A stretch of 64,000 bases of DNA from Candidatus Actinomarina sp. GTDB taxonomy: Bacteria; Actinomycetota; Acidimicrobiia; Actinomarinales; Actinomarinaceae. Below, one piece after another: positions 20,441-29,292 of the stretch; within the stretch, counting starts at the first letter, position 1; each line of letters starts with the position of its first letter. Position numbers and translations under genes: made by a program. Below the pieces are notes generated by a model. The model was given only the letters and a program-made list of their open reading frames with translations, did not search any database and was not told where the DNA came from. The stretch covers positions 485,983-549,982 of the forward strand of contig JAYQSV010000001.1 in NCBI GenBank assembly GCA_038147085.1, read 5' to 3'.

Positions 20441-21210
20441 TGATTTTCATATCTGATGTACATCATAAAGTAGAGTTTTTAGAAAAATTACCAAAAAATA
20501 AAGGTCCAGTAGTAATTCTCGGGGATTTAATTAACTGGATAGATTATAGAAATGGTGAGGGTATAGCAAGAGACGTTTTCGGTATTGAAAATGTTTTAAA
20601 GCTAATTGAGTACCGTAAGCAACATCTTTTTGAAAAAAGAAAATTATTATGGAGTGAATTATATGCCAATAATCCTGATCAAATTCAAAAAAAGATGAAG
20701 GATGCAATTGATAAACAATATAATGAAGTTTTTAAATCGTTAAAGAATTTTGAAGTTTGGTTTATTCCTGGGAATGTTGATGATTTACATACATTAAAAA
20801 GTTTTGAATCTGAAAAAATAAAAAATGTTGATAATAGCATTGTTAATACAAATTTTGGAAAAATTGGTTTTGCAGGAGGTGGTGTTCCAACTTTAATCAA
20901 CGCAAGAGGAGAAATTTCTGAATCAGAATTTCAGCAAAAATTAGAAAGATTGAATGGAGTAGATATTATATGTACTCATGCTCCACCAAAAGTTTCTCCT
21001 TTGATAACGGATGTTGTTACTAATAAAATTGAACAAGGGTGGGATTCTTTAGTTGAATTTATCAAAGAAAATAAACCAAAATTTTCGTTATTTGGAGACG
21101 TTCATCAACCACAAGCATCTGAATGGTTTATTAAAAAAACTAAATGTATTAATGTCGGATACTTTAGGGCAACTAATCAATATTTAGAATTAACATCATT
21201 ATATATATGA
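20440..21210 (+). CDS. Metallophosphoesterase (calcineurin-like)
   Basis: ISDVHH...ILGDLINW...GNVDD phosphoesterase motifs. TAATG overlap with ilvD. Confidence 0.7.
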   Translation: MIFISDVHHKVEFLEKLPKNKGPVVILGDLINWIDYRNGEGIARDVFGIENVLKLIEYRKQHLFEKRKLLWSELYANNPDQIQKKMKDAIDKQYNEVFKSLKNFEVWFIPGNVDDLHTLKSFESEKIKNVDNSIVNTNFGKIGFAGGGVPTLINARGEISESEFQQKLERLNGVDIICTHAPPKVSPLITDVVTNKIEQGWDSLVEFIKENKPKFSLFGDVHQPQASEWFIKKTKCINVGYFRATNQYLELTSLYI

Positions 21211-22118
21211 ATTGTTTAGCTTTAGACGTTGGTGGAACTTCTGTAAAGTATGGAATAGTTAATGAAAATTTTAATATATTACATAATGGAAACTTTCCAA
21301 CACCTTCAAATGAACCTTTATTTTTAGACAATATAAATAATGTAGTAAAAGAAGCTCAATTCGAAATTGAAGCTATTTCAGTTGCAATGCCTGGTTTTGT
21401 CAATTCTCAAAATTCGGAATATCTATATGGTACAAATATTCCATTTTCAATTGATTTTAAAAAACTTCAAAATTTTAATAAAAATAAATTTTTTCTAGAT
21501 AATGATGGAAATGTCGCAGCGTATTATGAGTATTCAACTTACTTTTCTTCAAAGTATAGAAATTTAATAATGCTTACCTTTGGAACCGGTATCGGTGGAG
21601 GAATAATTTCAGATGGTAAGTTACTTCGTGGACAAGGTAGTGCTGGAGAATTAGGGCATATTTTAACTTCAACACAAAAAGATATTAAGTGTAATTGTGG
21701 TAAGAAAGGATGTTTAGAAGCATCAACTTCAGCTTCAAAATGGACTGAAGTTTGCAATTCACTAAGTCTAATTAATCCAAATTCAGAATTATCTAAAGCA
21801 TTTAAAAATTTCAAATTTGGTTCCGTACTCTTCGATAAAAAAATTAATATGCTTGAAAATGAAAAGTTCGCTCAGATGCAAATAATTGAAAATATTTCTA
21901 ATGGCTTAGTAAGTTTGTTTGAGATATTTAATAATGAGATATTTGTGATCGGAGGTTCAATGTCTTCGCACCCGTTTGATTTTATTAGTTTAATAGAAGA
22001 TGACTTAGAAAAGAGATTTACATTCCCATCTAGAAATTTTCCAAAATTAACAATTTCTACACAAAAAGGTAATTCTGGAATTTTAGGTGCAGCTTCTCTC
22101 TACTTTAATGAAAAATAA
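21207..22118 (+). CDS. ROK-family sugar kinase (glucokinase-like)
   Basis: LALDVGGTSVKYGIV ATP-binding N-terminus and CNCGKKGC zinc motif of the ROK family. Confidence 0.7.
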   Translation: MNCLALDVGGTSVKYGIVNENFNILHNGNFPTPSNEPLFLDNINNVVKEAQFEIEAISVAMPGFVNSQNSEYLYGTNIPFSIDFKKLQNFNKNKFFLDNDGNVAAYYEYSTYFSSKYRNLIMLTFGTGIGGGIISDGKLLRGQGSAGELGHILTSTQKDIKCNCGKKGCLEASTSASKWTEVCNSLSLINPNSELSKAFKNFKFGSVLFDKKINMLENEKFAQMQIIENISNGLVSLFEIFNNEIFVIGGSMSSHPFDFISLIEDDLEKRFTFPSRNFPKLTISTQKGNSGILGAASLYFNEK

Positions 22119-22785
22119 AAACTCAATCTTACTACCGAGTACTTTTTTCAATAGTGATTTTAAAGTTAAAATTGAAAAATTAAACAGTTCCAAATTAGAG
22201 ACTGTATATTTATTTGATCACACAGTTAATCCTGTTAATAGATCAAAAGATGTTTATAAATTATTAGATGGATTTGAGATTTTAAACAGCTATTTAAGTG
22301 AAAAGAAAAATATCGGATCATGTATATTAAATATCAATTCAAGAAATAAATATGAATTAACAAAAAATTATATAGAAAAATTTATCCAAATTAAGAATTT
22401 TAAGTTAGGACTTGGAATTGGAGACTTATTATATGAATCTACTAAAAAGTTCAATAATAAATTAGATGGAATTATCGAGGAAGTAATTTCTAATAAGAGC
22501 AACAAATTAGGTTCAATATTTTTGGGCGGTAATTCTCAAATTATTCTCGAAGCTTCAAGAAAATATTCATTGGGTATAAATCAATGGTTAGGTACAAATG
22601 ATCAATTTCAAAAAAAATTAAAATTATATAAAGAAATTAAAAAACCTAAAGGTAGTTTAAGTAGATGTGTTGGTTTAAATTATATAAACCACGAATTTGA
22701 TTTTATTGATTACGAAAAAATATTTATTTTTAAAGATACAAATACTGAGAAATTTTTAGAAACAGTGGATATTATTTTTAAATGA
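22108..22785 (+). CDS. Hypothetical protein, weak luciferase-like (LLM) similarity
   Basis: TVYLFDH and SIFLGGNSQIILEASRKYSLGINQW resemble LLM signature regions. Start chosen at the internal ATG (MKNKNS) to limit overlap with the upstream gene. Confidence 0.4.
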   Translation: MKNKNSILLPSTFFNSDFKVKIEKLNSSKLETVYLFDHTVNPVNRSKDVYKLLDGFEILNSYLSEKKNIGSCILNINSRNKYELTKNYIEKFIQIKNFKLGLGIGDLLYESTKKFNNKLDGIIEEVISNKSNKLGSIFLGGNSQIILEASRKYSLGINQWLGTNDQFQKKLKLYKEIKKPKGSLSRCVGLNYINHEFDFIDYEKIFIFKDTNTEKFLETVDIIFK

Positions 22786-23954
22786 CAGAATTTAAAAATC
22801 AGTTAATCAACGATTTCCCGGAATATCTATTTAATGAAATCAACACAATGAAGATTACGGCTCGACAAAAAGGTAGAGATATAATCGATTTAGGTTATGG
22901 AAATCCTGATTTACCTAGCCACCCACTTGTAGTTGAAAAACTAATTGAAGCAGCTCAAATAAAAAAAAATCATAAGTATTCAGTATCAAAAGGAATATTC
23001 GGATTAAGAAAAGCAGTATCAGATAAATATAGAAGAATTTATAACCTTGATCTTGATCCTAATAAAAATATTGTAAATACAATCGGTAGTAAAGAAGGTT
23101 TAACTCACTTATTACTATCTGTATTAGATGTAGGGGATAATATTGTTGTACAAAATCCTAGTTATCCAATACATCACTATGCACCATTAATCGCTAGAGC
23201 AAATACTATAAAAATTAACTCAATAAATACAGATAATTTTTTAATTAAATTAGAGAAAGAATTGAAAACATCAGTTATCAAAGCAGTTTTAGTTTCATTT
23301 CCTCATAATCCAACAACTCAAACTGTAACTCAAGATTTTTATGATAAATTGGTCGAGTTAGCAAATAAGTACGAATTTTTAATAATTAATGATTTTGCCT
23401 ATTCTGATGTCTTTTTTGAGAATCAAGTACCACCTTCATTATTAACTTCTGACCCTGAATTTAAATATTCTGTTGAGCTTTATTCACTTACTAAAGGTTA
23501 TTCAATGGCTGGTTGGAGAGTAGGTTTTGCGATAGGTAATGAGAGTGCAATTAATTCATTAACCAAACTCAAATCATATATTGACTATGGCACCTTCCAA
23601 CCTATACAAATTGCTTCAACAGTAGCTTTAAATGAGTTAGATAAATTTCCTAAAGAATTGTCACAAGTTTATCAAGAGAGAAGAGAAATAATCATTTCTA
23701 CTTTAACTGAACTTGATTTTATTGTACAAGAATCAAACGCTACAATGTTTGTCTGGGCAAAATTACCTGAGAAATTTTCTGACTCCTATGAATTTTCAAA
23801 AAAACTTCTAGATGAAGCTAATGTAGCAGTTTCTCCTGGTATTGGTTTTGGTAGTGCTGGTGAAGGTTATATCAGACTTGCATTGGTAGAAAACAAACAC
23901 AGAATAAGACAAGCAATGAAAAATCTGATAAAGTTTTTTGATAGTAATGTTTGA
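22782..23954 (+). CDS. PLP-dependent aminotransferase, class I (AlaA/AspC-like)
   Basis: IIDLGYGNPDLP near the N-terminus and fold type I aminotransferase length and motifs, including the SLTKGYSMAGWRVG lysine region. Confidence 0.75.
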   Translation: MTEFKNQLINDFPEYLFNEINTMKITARQKGRDIIDLGYGNPDLPSHPLVVEKLIEAAQIKKNHKYSVSKGIFGLRKAVSDKYRRIYNLDLDPNKNIVNTIGSKEGLTHLLLSVLDVGDNIVVQNPSYPIHHYAPLIARANTIKINSINTDNFLIKLEKELKTSVIKAVLVSFPHNPTTQTVTQDFYDKLVELANKYEFLIINDFAYSDVFFENQVPPSLLTSDPEFKYSVELYSLTKGYSMAGWRVGFAIGNESAINSLTKLKSYIDYGTFQPIQIASTVALNELDKFPKELSQVYQERREIIISTLTELDFIVQESNATMFVWAKLPEKFSDSYEFSKKLLDEANVAVSPGIGFGSAGEGYIRLALVENKHRIRQAMKNLIKFFDSNV

Positions 23955-24978
23955 CCTTAGATCCGATACAGTAACAAAACCAAATAAAGATGTAATCTCT
24001 ACCGCATTAACTGCTGAATTAGGAGATGATGAGTATGCAGAAGATAAAACAGTAAATGATCTACAGGAACACTGTGCAAACTTACTTGGATTTGAAGCAG
24101 GTCTCTTTGTAACATCTGGACTACAAGGAAATCAAATTTCTTTATTAATACATACTGATCCAGGAAATGAAGTAATTACCTTATTTGACTCACACATTAA
24201 AAATTATGAACATGGTGCAGCTAGTTTTTTATCAAGAATTCAATTCAGAGATATCGATCACATAAATGGTTTACCAGATCTTAATAATTTAGATTTAATT
24301 TTAAAAAAGTCTAAAGTACATAAACCTTTAATTAGTTGTTTAACTTTAGAAAATACTCATTTAGCATCAGGTGGATCAATTGTCTCTTATTTAGAATTAG
24401 AAAAAATATACAAATTTGCAAAAACTAATAATTTAAATGTTCATATTGATGGTGCAAGAATATGGCATGCTATTATTGAGGAAAATAACACTCAAGATTA
24501 TGGAAGCGTTTGCGATAGCTTAACATTTTGCTTCTCAAAAGGTCTTGGAGCTCCAATCGGCTCAATGCTTCTTGGATCAAAAGATTTTATTTCCAAAGCT
24601 AGAGAGTATAGAAAAATACTTGGTGGGGGAATGCGACAAGTTGGAGTTATTGCTGCAATGGCTAGGAAAGCTTTGGATAACAGAAATGATTTACTTAATG
24701 ATCATAATAAAGCTCGTAAAGTATATAATATTCTCAAAAATGAACTTGAAAACCAAGATTTTATATCAAAACTTACCTATCAAGGAACAAATATGGTTTT
24801 TCTAGAAATTAACAGTCAATTTAAACCAGCATTATTTTTAGATGAACTTTACAGTAATTCAATAATTGCAGGATTAATTAATGAAAATACTGTCAGGTTA
24901 GTTTTTCATAAAGATATAAATGATTCAGATCTAGAAAAAATTAGTGATAAAATACTTTATTCTTCTTCAAAATTTTGA
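23938..24978 (+). CDS. ltaE: Low-specificity L-threonine aldolase
   Basis: DLRSDTVTKP...GDDEYAEDKTVN...EAGLFVTSGLQGNQ matches threonine aldolase N-terminal motifs. Confidence 0.75.
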   Translation: MIVMFDLRSDTVTKPNKDVISTALTAELGDDEYAEDKTVNDLQEHCANLLGFEAGLFVTSGLQGNQISLLIHTDPGNEVITLFDSHIKNYEHGAASFLSRIQFRDIDHINGLPDLNNLDLILKKSKVHKPLISCLTLENTHLASGGSIVSYLELEKIYKFAKTNNLNVHIDGARIWHAIIEENNTQDYGSVCDSLTFCFSKGLGAPIGSMLLGSKDFISKAREYRKILGGGMRQVGVIAAMARKALDNRNDLLNDHNKARKVYNILKNELENQDFISKLTYQGTNMVFLEINSQFKPALFLDELYSNSIIAGLINENTVRLVFHKDINDSDLEKISDKILYSSSKF

Positions 24979-25196
24979 TTCCACTCAGTAATTGATTTTT
25001 CTGATAAATTAATTAATACAATTGTTCCAATTATTCCAATTGAATTAGCTATAAATATGTATGTAGTAAGTGTTAGATTGCAGTTCTCGTTTAAACTTAA
25101 ACGACAAAATGTACTTCCAAGTAAATATCCTATATAAGTAGAAAAAATTAGAACTATAAAAAGAATTACGCCTCTAACTTTGTTGCTAAATCTCAT
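24957..25196 (-). CDS. Hypothetical small membrane protein (79 aa)
   Basis: Two hydrophobic segments. No homology recognised. Could be a chance ORF in AT-rich DNA. Confidence 0.25.
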   Translation of the reverse strand: MRFSNKVRGVILFIVLIFSTYIGYLLGSTFCRLSLNENCNLTLTTYIFIANSIGIIGTIVLINLSEKSITEWNQNFEEE

Positions 25197-25219
25197 AACT
25201 ATATTAACTTTACCTTATT

Positions 25220-25447
25220 ATGTATTTTCCTAATCCATGGATAACAATTTTTAGTTTTGTTTACATTTTTTTAGCAGGAATATTTGGATTTAAATTTAGC
25301 AAAAAAATCGTTGAAATATATTTAAGCAAAATTAATTCAAATAAGTTTTTAAAAAGTCTCGAACCAGTAGTTGGAAGCATAGGGTTTATTTTTGGATTCG
25401 GTATTAACTTGATAATTTTATATTTTTTTATAATTTATATGTCTTAA
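25220..25447 (+). CDS. Hypothetical small membrane protein (75 aa)
   Basis: Two hydrophobic segments. No homology recognised. Confidence 0.25.
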   Translation: MYFPNPWITIFSFVYIFLAGIFGFKFSKKIVEIYLSKINSNKFLKSLEPVVGSIGFIFGFGINLIILYFFIIYMS

Positions 25448-25466
25448 TATACTAACAATGTCATAG

Positions 25467-26000
25467 CTAGTATATATTAATTTTATCTTCTATTATTTCT
25501 TGTATTTCGCAATGGTTTGGGCGGAAATCATTAAACTCTTCATGACCTAGATAAAAGTAGGAAAATGCTCTAATTGTATCTTGATGGGTTACAAAGATTG
25601 TATTTTCATAAAGATTATAAATTTTATGAACTCTTTCATAAACCTCATTTAATTTTTCACTAACGTTATTTAAATCTAGTTTTTTAATTTTAAAGTTTTT
25701 TGTTTTAGAAATTTCATTGAATGTTAGACCTACCCAGTTTATAGGACCCTGCCACTCAGTAATGTATGTTGAATACTCAATTTCAACATTTAAAACACTA
25801 TTTATAATTGAAGATGTTTCTCTAGCTCTTAATAGTGGAGAGGATACAATTTTTTTAATATTGAAATTATTTTTTATTTTTAATGCAGCTATTTGAGCTT
25901 GCTCAATACCATTTTTACTTAAATGAAAACCAGGTATATTAGCGTATTGTATATTTTTATTATTTTCAACTTCGCCATGTCTTATAAATAAATTGGTCAT
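25467..26000 (-). CDS. Histidine phosphatase (phosphoglycerate mutase) family protein
   Basis: RHGE catalytic motif near the N-terminus and SSPLLRARET. Confidence 0.7.
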   Translation of the reverse strand: MTNLFIRHGEVENNKNIQYANIPGFHLSKNGIEQAQIAALKIKNNFNIKKIVSSPLLRARETSSIINSVLNVEIEYSTYITEWQGPINWVGLTFNEISKTKNFKIKKLDLNNVSEKLNEVYERVHKIYNLYENTIFVTHQDTIRAFSYFYLGHEEFNDFRPNHCEIQEIIEDKINIY

Positions 26001-26039
26001 AAATTTAGACTAACTCACTTATAATGTAATATTTAAACT

Positions 26040-26387
26040 ATGGGATTAAACAAAGAAGAAGAAGAAATTCTTAAGCAAATTGAAAAAGAATTAATGAAGG
26101 ATGATCCCAACCTAGCTAAAACTGTTGAGGACTCAACACTATCTAAATTTACAAGGACTAGAGCAGTGTTCTCTTCTGTGATCTTTATTATTGGATTATT
26201 AACAATGTTTAGTACATATATTATTGAACCTGCAATTGCAATAGTTGGTTTTTCAGTAATGGCTTTGTCAGCATATGTATTTGTTTACAACACCCGAGCA
26301 TTGCTTAAAGCTGAAAATATAAACGAATGGAATTTTAAACAAGTAATTAAAATTTTAAGAAACAAAGATACTTCTAGACAAAAATAA
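26040..26387 (+). CDS. DUF3040-family membrane protein
   Basis: N-terminal helix with EEEILKQIEKEL..DDPNLA, then two TM helices. The family is largely actinobacterial and is often found upstream of the dcw cluster. Confidence 0.6.
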   Translation: MGLNKEEEEILKQIEKELMKDDPNLAKTVEDSTLSKFTRTRAVFSSVIFIIGLLTMFSTYIIEPAIAIVGFSVMALSAYVFVYNTRALLKAENINEWNFKQVIKILRNKDTSRQK

Positions 26388-26434
26388 AATTATAAATTAG
26401 ATTTAAATTACATCATTTTTTTTGGGAGTAAGGT

Positions 26435-26926
26435 TTGAAAAAAAATGCTTTTACATCAAAGCAAGCTTGTTATTTGTCAGGTTGTACATCGCATCAATTA
26501 AGATATTGGGATAAAGTTGGATTAGTTAGTCCATCAATCCAATCATCAGATGGTAAACCTGGTGTTCCTAAATTCTACTCTTTTAGAGACATAGTTGCAT
26601 TAAGGGTCATTAAAACACTTTTAGATAATGGCATGAGCATACAAAGAGTTAGAAGAGCATGGAAATATTTAAGCAAAAATGGAGATTTAGTTAAGCATCT
26701 ATCAGAAGTTAAGTTAATGTCTGATGGTAATACAATTTATTCTGTTCAAGAAAATGAGGTTTTCGATGCTTTAAAAAATGGACAACTTACATTTTTTGAA
26801 ACTATCGATAGTATCACTCAAGATGTAAAAGAAGATGTTTCAAAATTTGAACTAGATAAAGAACGTTTTCTTAATTTATTAACAAGAGTTGAAGAAGACG
26901 TACTAAGTCAACAACTTGAAGCCTAA
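26435..26926 (+). CDS. MerR-family HTH transcriptional regulator
   Basis: TSKQACYLSGCTSHQLRYWDKVGLV helix-turn-helix. TTG start with GGGAG Shine-Dalgarno 7 nt upstream. Confidence 0.6.
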   Translation: MKKNAFTSKQACYLSGCTSHQLRYWDKVGLVSPSIQSSDGKPGVPKFYSFRDIVALRVIKTLLDNGMSIQRVRRAWKYLSKNGDLVKHLSEVKLMSDGNTIYSVQENEVFDALKNGQLTFFETIDSITQDVKEDVSKFELDKERFLNLLTRVEEDVLSQQLEA

Positions 26927-26953
26927 TCAAATAAACAACTTTCGAGGTGTGTT

Positions 26954-27457
26954 ATTTCAAATAATAGAACTTTAATTCTAAATTCGACTTTTCAACCACT
27001 TGCAGTTGTAAGTCATCAAAGAGCTATAACCTTACTTTTTAATAATAAAATCAATTCATTACAAGATTCTGATTTATATCTCTCTTCAGTAAATCGAAAA
27101 ATTTATATTCCGAAAGTAGCAATTTTAAAATATTTTGTAAAAGCTCCATATATCAGAAGAGTTGCATTAACAAAAGAAAATGTTTTCATAAGAGATAATT
27201 ACTTGTGCCAATATTGTGGTGAAAATGCTGAATCGATAGATCATGTAACACCAAAGTCAAAAGGAGGTTCACATGAGTGGTCAAATGTAGTTGCGTGTTG
27301 TAAAAAATGTAACTTGATCAAAGCTGATAAATTTATAAAACATACAAATTTAAATTTAAAAAACACACCTTTTCCACCTAAAGGAAATTTTTGGATTAAA
27401 ACTATTATTGGCAATAATCCTGACCCATCCTGGGAAGTATATCTAGAAACAGCATAA
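26954..27457 (+). CDS. HNH endonuclease (actinobacterial ~170-aa family), start codon non-canonical
   Basis: CQYCGENAESIDHVTPKSKGGSHEWSNVVACCKKCNLIKAD HNH/zinc motif. N-terminal domain TLILNSTFQPLAVVS is in the same open frame. No ATG/GTG/TTG occurs between the upstream stop (26924..26926) and residue 93, so ATT at 26954 after GAGGTG (26944..26949) is proposed as the start. Confidence 0.6.
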   Translation: MSNNRTLILNSTFQPLAVVSHQRAITLLFNNKINSLQDSDLYLSSVNRKIYIPKVAILKYFVKAPYIRRVALTKENVFIRDNYLCQYCGENAESIDHVTPKSKGGSHEWSNVVACCKKCNLIKADKFIKHTNLNLKNTPFPPKGNFWIKTIIGNNPDPSWEVYLETA

Positions 27458-27477
27458 AAAATTTTTTTCTTTTTGTG

Positions 27478-27506
27478 TTGCAATGTGGGATATTATGTCA
27501 TATAAT
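27478..27506 (+). promoter_or_regulatory. Putative sigma-70/SigA-type promoter of the dcw cluster: TTGCAA-17 bp-TATAAT
   Basis: -35 at 27478..27483, -10 at 27501..27506. Flanked by GTGTT (27475), GTGGG (27485) and GTGGT (27515) repeats phased at 10 and 30 bp, which are MraZ-box-like. Confidence 0.4.
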
Positions 27507-27542
27507 GTCAGAAAGTGGTTCAAGGCACGAAAGGCGGATAAA

Positions 27543-27968
27543 GTGTTCCTTGGTGAGTTTCAACACACAATGGATTCTAAAGGGAGGGTGGTAATACCAT
27601 CTAAGTTTAGAGACGAGCTTCAACAGGGCTGTGTAGTCACCAAGGGACAAGATAACTGTCTACAAATTCTTACTAAAAAAAATTGGAATATTGAAGCTGA
27701 AAGAATGGCTTCTCTACCGTCAACAGATAAAACATCAAGACAACTAAGAAGAGCTTTATTTAGCGGTGCAATAGATGTAAAAATTGATACTGCCGGTAGA
27801 GTTCAGATTCCCGAAAACCTAAGAAATTATAGTGGAATAGAAATAAATGATGAGGTTACAGTAACAGGATCTGGTCCAGTAGTTGAAGTTTGGTCTACTC
27901 GTAATTGGAAAAAAATTCAAAATGAAGCAGATCAAGCTTTTGCGAATATTAATGAAGTGAAAGGATAG
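27543..27968 (+). CDS. mraZ: Transcriptional regulator MraZ
   Basis: VFLGEFQHTMDSKGRVVIP plus a second SpoVT/AbrB-like repeat. Start set at GTG 27543 because the ORF-track start lies inside the predicted promoter. Confidence 0.8.
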   Translation: MFLGEFQHTMDSKGRVVIPSKFRDELQQGCVVTKGQDNCLQILTKKNWNIEAERMASLPSTDKTSRQLRRALFSGAIDVKIDTAGRVQIPENLRNYSGIEINDEVTVTGSGPVVEVWSTRNWKKIQNEADQAFANINEVKG

Positions 27969-27973
27969 TTCAT

Positions 27974-28054
27974 AGCCAGCTCTCTAGACAACTAAATTGG
28001 AACACCCTTACTCCGCCCAACTTTCCAATTGGTGCCAGTTCTAGAGAGCTGGGT
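27974..28054 (+). promoter_or_regulatory. Nested long hairpin between mraZ and rsmH
   Basis: Outer stem is 13 bp perfect (27976..27988 with 28040..28052), inner stem 8 bp (27995..28002 with 28023..28030). GC-rich relative to the surroundings. Ends 2 nt before the rsmH ATG, so the RBS region is inside the stem. Confidence 0.5.
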
Positions 28055-28972
28055 ATGAACAACAGGGTAGAGTACAAAGAACATATTGGGGTAATGAAGA
28101 AAGAAGTTACAGATATTCTAACTTCTTTACCTAATGGTATTTTCATTGATGCTACTTATGGATACGGTTCTCATTTCAATTATTTTTCGGATAACGTTTT
28201 AAATTTAAATTTTATTGGTTTTGATCGTGATAGTGAAGCTATTGCTAATGCTCAACTTGGTCATAAAGTATATAAATTAAATTTTTCAAAGATAAAGGAC
28301 TATCTTATTAAAAGTAATATTAGTGATTTAAGTGGAGTCTTTTATGACTTTGGTGTTTCTTCTCATCAAATTGACTCTAATTACAGAGGTTTCTCTTTCC
28401 AACAAAACTCAAATCTAGATATGAGAATGGATCAAACTCAAAACAAGTCTGCTTTTGAAGTTATTAATCAATACACTTTGAATGAACTGATTACTATTTT
28501 TAAAAAATATGGAGAATTACAAAAATCTAAAAAAATTGCAAATTCGATAGTTAATTCTCGACCTATATTTACAACTAATGAGTTAAAAAATATAATTCAA
28601 AAATCTATGCCACCTCAAAACCCAAAGTTTGTTGAAAAAGCAATTAGAAAAGTTTTTCAATCAATTCGAATGGAAGTTAATGATGAGCTAAGTGAAATAT
28701 ATGATTCATTAAATGGAGTTAAAGATTTTATTCAAAAAGATGGTGCAATAATTTGTTTAACATACCATTCTCTTGAAGATAAAATTGTAAAAGATTTTTT
28801 TAAAAATCTAACAACTGGCTGTGTTTGTGATCCAAAAATAACTGTTTGTATTTGTATGCAGTTACCAGAATTTAAATACGGCAAAGTTAAAAAACTTAAA
28901 CCAAATTATTCTGAAATTCTTTCAAATTCTAGATCTAAATCAGCAACTTTAAGATACGGGATAAAACTATGA
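28055..28972 (+). CDS. rsmH: 16S rRNA (cytosine1402-N4)-methyltransferase
   Basis: MraW family, IFIDATYGYGSHF SAM-binding motif. Confidence 0.9.
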   Translation: MNNRVEYKEHIGVMKKEVTDILTSLPNGIFIDATYGYGSHFNYFSDNVLNLNFIGFDRDSEAIANAQLGHKVYKLNFSKIKDYLIKSNISDLSGVFYDFGVSSHQIDSNYRGFSFQQNSNLDMRMDQTQNKSAFEVINQYTLNELITIFKKYGELQKSKKIANSIVNSRPIFTTNELKNIIQKSMPPQNPKFVEKAIRKVFQSIRMEVNDELSEIYDSLNGVKDFIQKDGAIICLTYHSLEDKIVKDFFKNLTTGCVCDPKITVCICMQLPEFKYGKVKKLKPNYSEILSNSRSKSATLRYGIKL

Positions 28973-29292
28973 AATTGAAAAATTTTCTATTTTTATTATT
29001 CACATTTTCTTTTCTTTCAGTAATTTTAAATTTGTTAACCAACACACAAATAAATATTCTTTCAAGTCAACTTAGTAATTTAAATAATGAAATTATAGAT
29101 TTGCAAATTGAAAAAGAAGTCACATACAACTTATTCCAAGATAAATTTTCAATTAAAAATATTGATGAATTATCAAAATCATTTAACTTTGTACGTTTAG
29201 ATGTTTACACAATAAAGAGTGACCTAATCGCACCATATAAAATTTTGGAAACAAATAATGAAGTTGAAGTATTAAGTTATTTTGGGAAATGA
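28969..29292 (+). CDS. ftsL: FtsL-like cell division protein (single TM + coiled coil)
   Basis: Position between rsmH and ftsI. N-terminal TM followed by a leucine-rich heptad region. No sequence-level motif. Confidence 0.5.
   Translation: MKLKNFLFLLFTFSFLSVILNLLTNTQINILSSQLSNLNNEIIDLQIEKEVTYNLFQDKFSIKNIDELSKSFNFVRLDVYTIKSDLIAPYKILETNNEVEVLSYFGK

Noticed and set aside
24957-25447. Two divergent small hydrophobic ORFs (79 and 75 aa) as a possible toxin-like or small-protein pair
   Set aside because: No motif, no SD of note, and hydrophobic low-complexity sequence is expected by chance in AT-rich DNA. Kept only as low-confidence hypothetical CDS.
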